A DNA stretch of 63,502 nucleotides, filler included, from Pelomyxa schiedti (Eukaryota; Protista; Evosea), in the NCBI GenBank assembly GCA_020536535.1. It is 8 parts of 8 records of this genome, joined end to end, with 100 filler letters (N's around TTAATTAATTAA, not from the genome) between each part and the next. Parts side by side here need not be neighbours in the genome. Positions count along the whole stretch, not along the records: positions 1 to 19,565 come from JAHLWZ010001106.1; positions 19,666 to 30,215 come from JAHLWZ010000786.1; 6 more parts are not named here. One strand, 5' to 3'. Position 1 is the first letter of the stretch. Each line of letters begins with the position of its first letter. A model generated the notes under the pieces. The model was not told the origin of the DNA, made no database searches, and worked only from the letters and a program-made list of their open reading frames with translations. Shown here piece after piece: positions 10,494-22,333 of this stretch. Position numbers and translations under genes: made by a program.

Positions 10494-13400
10494 ATGAGCA
10501 GCCCCACCACCAACAACACCGCGGCGTCGGGGAGCGGCGGGGGCGGCAGCAGGCGCCAGCTCCTCGCCACCACCCGCTCCTCCTCCGCCATCCCCGCCGC
10601 ATCCTTATTGCCCGACGACCCCCTCCCCCAGCCACCCGGCGGCACCGGCACCGCGGCATCGTCCTACTCCATGGGCGGGGTCGGGGGCGCGGCGGCGCTG
10701 CACTACGCCCTCGGGGGGGAGTACCCCGAGGGGGAGGGCTGGGACGAGCTCAGCGCCCGGACCCGCAGCGGCGCCCTGTCCGCCGAGGCCAAGGCCATGA
10801 TCGACGACCTCATCTCGTCCCTCGGCGCCGACGTCCCCATGCCGACGACCGCGCCCGCGCCCACGTCGACGTCGCCGCCGCCGTTGGGGGCTTTCTCGCC
10901 GTCGCCCCCAAGCTCCCCGAGCCCTCTCGCTAACTACACTTATGGGACTGGTGCTCCGACTCCGCCCGCTGTAATTTCTCCTTCAGTTGCTACCTTGGGA
11001 ATTTCTGTGACCAATACACAGCAGCAGTACAATTCTGTTGGTGGTTCCAGTCCTATTCCCATAACTAATAACGGTTCTGCTGCTGCTGCTTCCGGCAGCC
11101 CTGTGATATTGGGAAGCAGGCACCCGGCAATTGGAACTAGAAGTGGTTCTGATAGCACGGTTGCTGATTCATCCTCCCTGAATCATGTTCCTTCAACTTC
11201 GGCAGTGTTCACTCCCCACCCTCCTCCAATTCCCCCTCCGATTTCACCCTCGGGTCCTCCACCACCACTTTTGCCATCCCAACCACCTCCCGCAATTCCG
11301 CCCCCAACCACACCTTACTTCTCTGATGCAATCCCACCTCCGGGCATTCCTCCCTCCTCTGCACCAGCTTCTAAGCCAGAACCTACTGCAAAACCACCTG
11401 CAGTCCCTCCGCCACTCATTGTACCACCGCCGCTTATCGTCCCCCCTCCGCTTGCAGTACCACGCAATCCACTTGTGCAATTTGCCCCAATCCCCCCTTC
11501 TACACCCCCTCCAGCTAACGCCTCATCAACGAAAGCCACCAACACTGCAACGATGTCATCTACATCTCAGGCTACTCCTGGACCCTCGCCGCAGACAGTG
11601 CAACATGCAACTCTTTCCCAAGTGTGTTCAAATTTTTCCCTCTTTTTGAAGCAACTCTTTTGTAGGTCCTTGCAACTCCGAGCTATAAAGAAGCTTTTTC
11701 CGTATTTCTTAAAAAACGGCATTGTGGAGAAGTGTTAGATTTCTTTGAAGCTGTGGATCTGCTGAAGGCAAATGCCCACTTACTTCTTGGAGCAAATGAC
11801 TCAAGTTAGCCAGAGAATTCTTCATCGAACTTATATAATATTCTAAAGGTGGAACGGAGGTCTGGAATGAGATGGTTGTAGACATTCACAATCACTTCAT
11901 CAGTGATGACTCTCTAACACAAGTCAACTTGCCCGGTACTATTTTTAGTGCAATCAATTCCCTCATTAGTGCTGGTATGGCCGACCTTGTTTGTTGTACG
12001 AACACTTAATATGCCTAGGGGATTACCCTGTTGATATATATGACAAGGCACAAGAGGAAATGAGGAAAATGATGGAATCTGGTAAGCAGGAGACATTTAC
12101 TCCATCTATTAATCCTTTGTGTTAGATTCTTTTCCACACTTTCTTGTTACGCCAGCTTACAAAACACTGCAGAAAGAACAACCTTTACTTCCTGACCCAC
12201 AAGAAAATTTACCACCAACTCCAAATCCTTTTTCAACACCAGCTCCTGTGGCTGCAAATAATACCGACAAATTATGCCCTAAGTGTCAGAAGCCACTCCT
12301 TTCAGACGACTCAAATGTATGTATCGTGAAAGGGTCTATATGGTATGCAGATGTACACTGATTGGCTCCACTTAAGTCTTTTTCCACCTCCAGGCATGTT
12401 CCATGTCTCACCTGCATTCATTGCGACTCTCCAATGTTTTCTGATGACTATACCATATCTTATCCTTGCTGCTCTTCGTGCAATGTACTTTACTTGCTTT
12501 CTTACTTACATTTGACTGTTTCTAGTCATTCAATTCGTCCCTTTCCTCCTTGATGCAGTCTTCAGTTAGTTGCACAATAGTTAAAATAAATCTAACTATA
12601 TTTTGAGGCTGCAGAGGACATTGCCCCAAGTTGCATGGAATGTGACCAGCAAATAGAGGACACAAATTACGTTGTTCGAAGAGTGAAAGGTATAGTTGGA
12701 AAGATGTTCTGGCACCGTTATTGCTTCCAGTGCGCAATCTGCCCGTCACCTTCCCGGTCTACTCTGAACTCTCCTGTCTGCACCAAGACTGTGCGTTCCA
12801 AGTCTTTGAAGTGGGCTAATTTTACAATAGTATAAAATGAACGGTGAGGACATGAGCCTCTATTGTGACACACATTTCCCTGACCATGCTAAAGAGACCC
12901 CATTTGAAATTGCTTCAAGTCCGCCACTAATTACTTGACTTTTCCTCACTTTTCTTAGGGCTCAGCTCCGAGTTCCTTCAAATCCGGCCAACTCCACGGC
13001 AGCCAATAGCTCCAAAATGGATCGTCCTACAGAGACCCACATCAACCCTAAGTCATAACTCTAGGAAGCGTCCTTTAACACAGGCACCAAGATTACCTAC
13101 ATTTGAGGCCATTGCTCCATCCTATAAAATGTCTTCCAAACCACAACAATCCACGTTTATCCTGGTCAAGCCCAGTTCTATGGTTGAAGAAACCCCTCTG
13201 AAACCTGTTTGCTCTTGTGTTTATGGGTTCGTCCATTTCGTTATTTAGCACCTTTAACACCGCTGAACAATAGTGATGAAGAAGGTTGCACATGTGAGCC
13301 ATCTGACCACCTGGTTCCAAGAAAATCTCCACCAGTTCCATCATCTACAGATACACCCCCAGTGGCTCGCAGACAGCGCTTCAGTGTTTTATTCTCAATG

Positions 13401-15898
13401 GCTCGCCCAAAGGCAAAGGTACCAACACCACCAGTGCATACCACAGACCCGTCTCCACCTAGTGTTGTCTTGATAGCTCATACACTAAGAATTACCCAAC
13501 CCTATCTGCTGATACTCAATGAAGAAGACACTCATCCACGGGCACCTCCTCTTACTTCTAGTTCCCGTCCACATCTCTGTCAACCAGAACCCCCCCCTTT
13601 CCTCAAAGCCACAGAACTCACACAAAATACCGCAAGTCAAGGACCTCAAGACTACAACAGCGATTCATTCCCACCATCACTCACAGTGCTTCCACATCAT
13701 CCACTAGCGTCGCCACAAACACCCGTTGTGCACCAGAATTCTACCAGACCCTGTGTTGCTTATCCCACACCCCCTGTTCTCACTATCCCAGACCCACCAA
13801 TTCCTTCTCCTCATGAGCGACCACAGCTATCTTCAATAGTACCACCCTCGGATGTGCCAGAATCACCACCCCCACCAACAAAACGGCTACCTCCAGATCA
13901 GCTGCGTTCCCCTTCTTTTGTTCCTGAGCAGAATACACCCTCTCCAGTGCCATCTCCGACATCTCAACCTTTGCGTCAAATGCTACAACAAGCCCGTACT
14001 GTTACTGTAAAGACTACCCCAGATATTCCACTTCAGATTGAGTCGCCCCCACCCCCATCACAAGACAAAGAAATTCAACAAGCCCTCCTCGAATATCAAA
14101 AGTTGAAAGAGGCTAGACTAATCCTACAGCAGCAGTCTTTGCGGAAACCTCAACCTGCACCTCCAATCATTCCACCAACAAACTTGAAGGCAATGCCCGC
14201 TTCACTCAACACAGCAAACTCTGCACAGCAGGCCATGCAAGAATATATGAACTTGAGGAAACTTCAACAAGAGAGAAACAGGCAGTACCAACAAACACTA
14301 GTCTCTACCGGTAGTGATACTTCAAGCCAGTCACTAGATTTCTCTCGTGAAGCACAACTTCTGAAGGAAAAAATCATTCAACAAAACCTGGAGAATGAAA
14401 GAAGAAAACTTGAAGAAGCTGAGAATGAGAGAAGGAAACGTGAGGAAGCTGAGAAATTAAAAATTGAACGGGAGAGGCAACGCCAACTCCACCAAAAAGA
14501 GCATCCACTTCAAGAAAACTCCCTTCAAGTTCAGCAGGAAACTCTAGCTCAGCATCAACAGCAACAAAAGCTAATGCAAAACCGGCTTGAACAACAAGAT
14601 AAATTAGTACAGGACAAACTCCTCCAGGATCTATTACAACAACAAGACCGATTGGCCAGTGAGAGGTTACTTAAAGAAAAAGAACGGGAGAAAGCAGCCC
14701 AAAAGGAGAAAGAAAGATTACAACTCTTAGAACAGGAAAACCAGCGAATCCGGCAAGAACAGGCAGTTCAAGAGGAGAAGATGAGAAAACTAAGAGAACA
14801 AGAAAGAATCCTCAAGGAAGAGCGAGAACGGTTGACACAACAAAGCCTTGCCCCGGAGGAGCCAGAAAGAGACAACAGGTTCCTAAACGAAGAGAGAGAA
14901 AGGATTCAGCAACAGCAAGAAAGAGACCGATTGCTACAACAGCAAGAAAGAGAAAGGGAGAACCTTCTCCGGCAACAACAAGAAAGATTACATAGCCTCC
15001 GCTCGTCCTCACCCTCACCCACAGCCCCATCCCTCCAAGCCGCCCAGCAAGAATTCCAACAAATGAGGCAGGCCCTCAGGCAACAACCACAAACAACGGC
15101 TGATAATCCTATTCCATCTTCACTCAACACTTCTTCAGGTGTGATATATCTAGAAACCATTTTCATTCTGTAGCTTACTATTAACTCAGACTTCAGCGAC
15201 CTTTGCTTTGCCTGCAACAAGAAAATAACACCCGCTACTCCTTTCCGCGTGGTATATTCAAATTCCCCTCTTTGTTTGCAAATAACCCTAAACACAGATA
15301 CCGGGTGCAAACAACAAACGCATACACAACACTTGTCTCGCTTGTAAAACCTGTAATACCCTCATAACATCCCGATTTGGAATGGTACAATACACACTCT
15401 AAAAACAACATATATATATACAACATATGCGGTTGTACGAAATTTCGCACTTCCGGAAGCACAAAACAGCTTGGCACACAAGCAAACAAACAACAAACAA
15501 ACTAATAAGACAAACAACAGCAAAACGGGCAGTTCTACTGTGAGGGCTGCTTTGTAAACCTAAGGAAGGAGGCAGCTCTGCCGTGTCATTCATGTCACCT
15601 CCCAATAACATCCTCAGCCCCGGGAATAGCTGCTGATCAGAAGCACTGGCATGCTTCGTGCTTCTGCTGTAATTTATGCAAGGTTTGTAGAAATACAAAG
15701 TGTGTAACTAGATAAGAGGCTAAGGAATTGTAAAAGTTATGAATGGGATACATAAATAGGTTTTTACTAACTCTGGTGCTGTGAAAGATACCATTCCATG
15801 ACCGGCCGTTTGTGAAGCTGAAGGAGAAGTATTTATGCCCTCCTTGCCACTCCAAAGTGTTTGAAGCACTGAAGGCAAGGTCTATGCAATTACCATAG
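10494..15898 (+). CDS. RGS domain + 2 LIM + Pro-rich + coiled coil + 2 C-terminal LIM domain protein (multi-exon)
   Basis: RGS-like: VLATPSYKEAFSVFLKKRHCGEVLDFFEAVD...HFISDDSLTQVNLP...YDKAQEEMRKMMES.DSFPHFL. LIMs: CPKCQKP...W|HVPCLTCIHC; CMECDQQI...WHRYCFQCAIC...LYCDTH; CFACNKKI...IHNTCLACKTC...NGQFYCEGC; CHSCHLPI...HWHASCFCCNLC...YLCPPCH. Stop at 15896-15898. Confidence 0.78.
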
Positions 15899-16045
15899 TG
15901 AGCCAAAAGGGCCGGGAGTGTGTAATACCATCGATATAAAAGAAAGGAATTTCTACCGTGAGGAGAAACACTATTTATTTGCATTCTAGTTGTAAAGGGG
16001 CCTTACTAATACAGGTGAGGTTTGTTGTGCTTGTGGTAGACCTGT

Positions 16046-18912
16046 TTAGTACTTCTTCCTACACATTGCACAAGTGCAAGTTTGCGTGCACAACGGGCAA
16101 CCTGTTACCGGGATAGCCGTGGTACTGTGGTGTCTTTCGAGGCACACAAGGCAGAACTAATTCAAATAAGGTTGAATGTAGGAGAAATAAAAATGAAACC
16201 TTGTGCTTTTCATTCAAGGGGCATATCAAACACTGGTCTCCCGTTACTAAAAAGACAAAAAGCGGGAACTAACCTGTGGTTTCCTAGTTTTACACCTATG
16301 GCAACTTGTGTTTGGGGCAACTCGACGGGTTCCATCTGCCATTTCTAGCATGGTATACTCAAACATGAAAGGTTGCCTGGTTTTTCTGCGTCCTCTGGGT
16401 TGTGGTGCAGTAGCACTGCAGATAGCTAAAGTGACAGGTGTACAAGGAACTGGGCTAGGTGAGGGTTCAGGACTCTCGGAATAAGCTTTTGGGTGTTGAA
16501 GCTCATCTGTGGAAAGTATGGTGTGTATCGGAGGAAGTGGTGGGTTCAGGGTTGTTGTGGAAGAGGATGAATGATTTTTGGGGTTTGGTGAAGATGAGCA
16601 ATCTTTGTCCAATTCTTCTTGCGTGATTAATTCAAAGAATGTATCATCTCTGTTTACAATGAGAAGGAAAGTTGGAGTTGGTATGTCAAAGGATACCCCA
16701 AAAACTGAAGAACGGGCTCGTCGAAGTTCACCTTAGCCTGATCAGGCAGTGGGAGAAACATTGTAATATCAGGTGTTGAAGTTTTAACACTCTGTTGGAG
16801 GAGTTCTTGTGCCACCTGAATGAACTCCCCCACACTTGTTAGAGGTGTAACGTGCGGTACATGTATTGTTACACTCTCGAGACCTCGGCTGCATCTAATC
16901 GTTATAACCTGTTCTATGCAACTTGGGCTTGTATGAGACTCTCCCTTTTCACTTGCAGACTCAATAGGAGAAGTAGCGGAGTTGGTTGCTGAAGATCCAC
17001 TGGAGTCAGGGCTGGAGACAGGCGAGTTCTGTGTTGGTGAGTTGGTAGGCGAGGCAGTTGAGTGCGGGTGAGGTGGTGACTGCCCTTGCTCGGAGGCATG
17101 ATTCCGAATGCTTGTATTACCGGCAGTTGAGGTTGGAGGGGTGCTTATGGTTGGTGAGGATGATGGTGACAAAATAGAAGGACATGTGGGCCACTTTGGG
17201 CCTATGTTTTGATTCAGGAATGCCGCCGCTGCAGCGGCAACGGAACTTGCTGGGGTTGTACTTCCGTTACCGGCTTGGGAAATTGCTATAAGTTGTGATA
17301 TGAGGGCGTTAGGAAGCGGGGATGAAGAAGAGAGCGCAGGTGCCGATCTCGAGGAAAACAAAGCTCCCAACGGAGAGGCAGTGTGTGCTGTGGGTTGGCT
17401 TGGCAAAAGATTGGGAGATGAGGGGGTTCCCAAAGGCGAATTTGCTGCCCCATCACTTGATGTAGAAGTAGAAACAGTGTCAGAACTGGTAGTCGTGGGC
17501 GTATCGGCAGGTAAAGTTGGAGAATTGAGCTCCGGGGCAGAGTGACAGGGGAACAATGCGCCCATTGTTGCAGAAGTAATGTCACTTGGTTGTTGTAGTA
17601 GATGCTGAAGTTGAAGTTGCTGAATTTGCTTTTGGTGTTGATTTCCTTCTGTGACATCTTGAAGAAATTGTAAGATGTGTCCTAGTTGTTGCTGGGTTGG
17701 TTGTTGGATTTGGGGCTCATTGTCTGTGGAAACGTGTGACAATTGCTCAGGGTGTGAGCTCTGAGTACCTAGTATTGATGCAGTAGCTGCAACTATTGGT
17801 GGCAGGGAATTAGTTGCAACTTTTGGCGGCAGTGAAGTGGCTGACAGGATTGGTGGTAGTGAAGTAGTTGCAATTGTTGGTGGCAGTGAAGTAGTTGCGG
17901 TGGTCGGTGGCAGCGAGTTAGTTGCAAGTGTCGGTGGTAGTAAGGTAGTCGTAACGGTCGGTGGCACTGAGGTAGTCGCAATGGATGGCGTCAGTGAATG
18001 AGCACAACTTCCAGGGTGAGAATTACTGCCAGCGCTATCACTAAGAGGTCGCCTGCATGGACCAGGTGATGTCCTTCTTCTGGAAGGAGAAGGAGAGCCA
18101 GAACGCCGAAGAGGAAAAGATGGTGGAGTGGTAGGGAACGATCCGGGAGATGGTGAAGTTCCTCCTAAAGAAAGTGAAGCAAAAGAAAACCCATTCAATC
18201 CTGGGGACCCGCCCCGTGGAGTAAGTGTGGGTGAGGGCGAAGGTGACGGTGATGGGGAAGGGGAAGGGGAAGGAGACTGGGAGTAGGAGTCATCAGAGGA
18301 ACTGGGAATTTCCGCTCCATTGCGGCCCCTTGGGGAAGGGGTAGGTGAAGGGCTTCTAGAATTGTTGCACAGTTTTTTCGGGCTGGGGCCTGGCCCACCC
18401 TCATGCTCTCTAACACGAGAAGTATCCTCTTCCACAGAGGCTTGCAACACAGCTTGCTGCAGCTGTTGTATGTGGTGCCGGTGGTGCCTGCTTTGTCGCG
18501 AGTGATGCGCAGTAATAGTAGGAGAGTGCTGTTCCACGCGGGGGTGCTGATCCTCAACATCGGCAGGATGCAGTAGGTCTTGTATACGAAGTATTCTGGT
18601 TGTTCTGGACTCCGAAGTTGCAGTTTTGCCTCCGCCGTCGGCGCTGGCACACGGCGACGTCCCCACAGGCGAAACAGAGGCCGTAGCCTGCGGGGGTGGT
18701 TGTTGTGGCGGTGGCATCAGCGACGAAAGCGACGGCGTCGCTTCCCGCAAAACGATATCGCGCGATGTGGCGTCCGAAGATCGCGAGAGTGGCGACAGCG
18801 GAACGCACTGTTCTGGTGATGTGTCACTCACCGTCATTGTCGGCGACTCCACTTTGTAGATCGTAGCAGTAGCGATCTCAACGTCTACGTCGCGTTCTCC
18901 GATGCACGACAT
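16046..18912 (-). CDS. S/P-rich protein with C-terminal zf-4CXXC_R1-like (CDCA7-type) zinc finger and a possible beta-grasp-like domain
   Basis: Long ORF 16654..18912. Spliced C-terminus SCHRCKTRKPQ|CLICPLNEKHK|FCLVCLERHH...GCPLCTQTCTCAMCRKKY then stop (16046-16048). Confidence 0.72.
17790..17985 (-). repeat. Coding 27-bp minisatellite (~7 degenerate units, LPPT[IL]ATTS)
   Basis: Repeated ggtggcagtgaagtagttgcaattgtt-like units; the protein shows PPTLATNSLPPTTATTSLPPTIATTSLPP. Confidence 0.8.
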
Positions 18913-19565
18913 TTACACACGTAAACGCCAAAATCGCACAACACACACGAGCGTCCCCTTGTTCTTTCTGTACTTTTGTTTTAAAATGACACCGAGATCT
19001 CTGTCACCAAAAGAGAAAAAAGTGCCGGGCAATTCCTCGGTATCTGTTGACTTTTTCTCACCTTCTCTTTCTAGAAACCCGGCTCTTCGTGAGCGTTGAG
19101 CACCCGCATCTCTTCGTTTCTCCGGTGATGTTATCGGAACCGCTGTTAAGATCAGAATTTCACCTGAAACTTTCTGCTTCAGTCAGGATTCTGAGTAGTT
19201 GGTTGAGGATCCAACGACGGCCTTCGTCCCCTAAGTGGCACAAGGAAGCACTCAACACTTCGCTGGGGGCTCAGAATCCGGTGAGATGCATTGATTTTAC
19301 AATGAGGGCAACACTGGATCCACGAAAATCTGGATTAGCTAACTCTGTTAATCATTCAAGTATCAACACCAATTTCGCATTAATCGGTGTTGATACTGGA
19401 ATCACCCCAAGGTTGAGCCCCTTGTGCCACACACAATGGCTGCAGTCAAGAGTACTTGTGGGAGTGCAAGCAAGGCTTTGGCCTTGCGGGCGCCATCATC
19501 AACGGCCAAATCAGCGCCGGGGGATGATGTCCTCAGACTAGAAATTGATGACAAGGTCCTCATTA

Positions 19566-19664
19566 NNNNNNNNNNNNNNNNNNNNNNNNNNNNNNNNNNN
19601 NNNNNNNNNTTAATTAATTAANNNNNNNNNNNNNNNNNNNNNNNNNNNNNNNNNNNNNNNNNNN
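19566..19664. other. Artificial contig linker N-TTAATTAATTAA-N (same linker at 30216-30315, 40406-40505, 57288-57387, 58522-58621, 60838-60937, 61991-62090)
   Basis: An identical 12-mer giving stops in all six frames, embedded in N runs. Confidence 0.95.
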
Positions 19665-19892
19665 NCTTCACGGATTGTCGTGCAATCAACACCACCCCGA
19701 ACACGGGCACGGACGACGACGTGGCCACGCACATCACAACGTGCCTGGCCAACCTCGTTGCCTCTTTCCCTGGTGGTCACCATCATTGCCTTTAGGGGCA
19801 TCAAACCCCCACCATCAAAACTCAGTTCGTTTTTTCAGCTAAATCAGAAGGCCTCCTTCCCCAAATACTCCTAACAAACCACCACCACTGCG

Positions 19893-22189
19893 ATGACAAC
19901 GCCGAAAAAGGGGCAGCACGGGGCCATGCTTGATGCGTGCATACGCTGTGACATGCCCGAGCTCCCGTCGCCCCCTTGGGACATCACCACGATCGACCCA
20001 AACGAAACCGACAGGAACGATCTGACGCCGCTGTGTCTCGCCGCCTTAGAGGGCAACGAGGCAGTGGTGAGGATGTTGGTGGCGAGACCCGACGTGGATG
20101 TCGACGAGGGGTGCCCGCTGGCCAGAGCATGTTGGCTTCACCGCATGGGCGTGGTGGTGGCGTTGCTCGGGTGCCCGCGTGTGGATGTCAACTCGGTGGC
20201 GCGAACATCAGGACTTTACCTGCCTCTGAATGGTCAAACAGCACTGCACGTGGCTTGTGAGTATGGATTCGTGGAAGGCGTGAAAGTTCTGCTCAAAGTC
20301 AATGGAATTGACACAAACCGCAAAAACAACGAAGGTGAAACACCACTTGATGTGGCAACAAGAAGGCGCTGCACTGATATCTTCAACCTCTTGGGGAATC
20401 CCAACGCGAGTATCGTACAATTCTCAATGTACACCTCATCACAACCACGAGCACCACCCGCAGCAAAAATGATGGCAGAAACGGCTCCAACCATCACCAC
20501 ACGGGCCAGAGATGTGCTGTCCAAAGCAACCACCATCGACACACCAAAAAATAGCAGCACATTTGAAGTGGAGGGAGAGACAGAGAGAGAACTTCACTTT
20601 GAGGTGGAGAACAAGACGCCTGGAGATTCATTGAGGGAAATGAACGAGAGGGTGTTGATTCTTGAAGAGAAACTGCAAGAAAAGGAGAAGAGGATACAGG
20701 CACTTGAGGAGGAGAACTCTGTTCTCAAAGCATTCTACCAGGTGTTGTTGCTCTGTTCAGCCCCCAGTCCTTCAACTGAGTTGTGAAATTTCTCAACTCA
20801 CAACAACAAACCAAAAACAGGAGAGAGCAGAGACAATGACATCGTTGGTTGGAGCAAATATTGACTCCTTCACAATGACGAAATTCCTCGGTTCAGGCTC
20901 AAACGCAGCAACATTCCAGGTGAAATTTTTCCCCAGAGGGGGAGGATGCAGCAGTGTGCCACAGTCACACCTTCAACCTTCTTCTCCATCCACCACACAA
21001 CCTCTGGACAACAACAACACCACAAGTGATGAAAACAACACACCACTAACCATGGCAATGAAAGTTCTGTTCAACTGGGAGAACACACTGCAGGAGACAT
21101 TGATCAAGCAGAAGTACATGAAAGAGTGCCTTGTACTTGCATCAGTGCCACTTCATCCAAATGTCAGCCACCCTCTTGCAACTCTTGTAATTCCTCGGTG
21201 TGTGTGACATTGAACACATAAGTAGTAGGAGCTATTTTAAATGGAAAAATAAAGAAGTACTACAATAAATTATTGCTCTAATAGAATACACATCAGAAAA
21301 TAAGAGTTTAATGGAAAAATAATCCTCAAAAGACCAACCAAAAACCTCAGATGTCCACCTGAGTTCATTAACGCCATTCCTTCATACCAGCCAGCTTACA
21401 GAGAATTTGCAGTCAACAAATCACTTGCTTTGCTGCTTCCTTTCAGTGGTGTTCCCTTGGTTCAAGTTCTGCCAAATATGTTTTATGGGACATCTGCAAC
21501 CACCCCTTTCCAGGTTGGTGGTGCTGAGGCTAGTGCATCCTGGACAGTGAAGAACTTGCTCCTCCAATCACTGAGTGCTGTTGCCCACCTTGAAAGGGCA
21601 CATGTCGTCCACAGGTTGGTTTTTTCCCTGTTGTGGATGCTTCCCATTTCCAATTCTCAGGGACATCAAAGGAGACAACATACTTGTTGATCCAGCCACT
21701 CACAAGCTCACGTTGATTGACTTTGGAGAAGCGGTGCAGTGTTCCACTGACGACTTGCAAGTTACAGTGACGAGGGGTGAAAGCCAAGTGTGGGGAAACG
21801 CAGGGACAATGCCACCCGAGGTGAGTGCACTCTCCAGGGACCTCATGAGGATGCATGGCCCGTCCTGTGTGTTCTCGTTTGCCAAGTGTGACTCCTTCTC
21901 CCTTGCCCTCACCTTTTACGATGCCATGCTGCCTCCCACCAACAAGTTCATTGGCCAGTTCAAAAAAGACATGTTCACCTTCTCCACTGAGTTGCTCCCT
22001 CCTCTCCCTCTGAACTGGAACATCAACAATGGGAACACACCCACAGCCACAATTCCAACAACAGCAACAGGAAGATCCACAACAGAGATGAGCACCACCA
22101 TTGCACAGGTTCTTGTTGGGATGATGTCATGTGATCGTGCCACCAGGCTCTCTGCTTCTGATGCTCTCAACACATTGCACTCAATTTAG
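19893..22189 (+). CDS. Ankyrin repeats + coiled coil + Ser/Thr protein kinase (PINK1-like), copy A
   Basis: TPLCLAA, QTALHVACEYG and GETPLDVA ankyrin motifs. Intron 20742-20820 joins AFYQ|ERAETM to the kinase: LGSGSNAATF, MAMKVLFN, HPNV, HR|DIKGDNILVD, LIDFGEA, WGNAGTMPPE, KCDSFSLAL. Confidence 0.85.
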
Positions 22190-22333
22190 TTTGCTCGTTT
22201 TTGTCTAGCCCCTCACAACGGTGGGGGAGGACCAGGTTATAACCAACTGCGAGAGCTTTCCACTGCCAGAACGCTTTGTCATCAATGGAAAAAGTTCAGA
22301 ATGAAGAATTTCTTCATTCTTTCTTGTTGTTCT

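Noticed and set aside
17790-17985. CRISPR-like array
   Set aside because: The units are contiguous in-frame 27-bp coding repeats without unique spacers, and there are no cas genes.
19610-19621. Recurrent TTAATTAATTAA as a biological repeat
   Set aside because: It is always centred in N runs and is an artificial six-frame-stop linker. It also means the Ank-kinase and TSFLW clusters are not shown to be physically linked.
20740-20830. Programmed frameshift or readthrough between the ankyrin and kinase ORFs
   Set aside because: A 79-nt GT-AG intron (20742-20820) joins them in frame.
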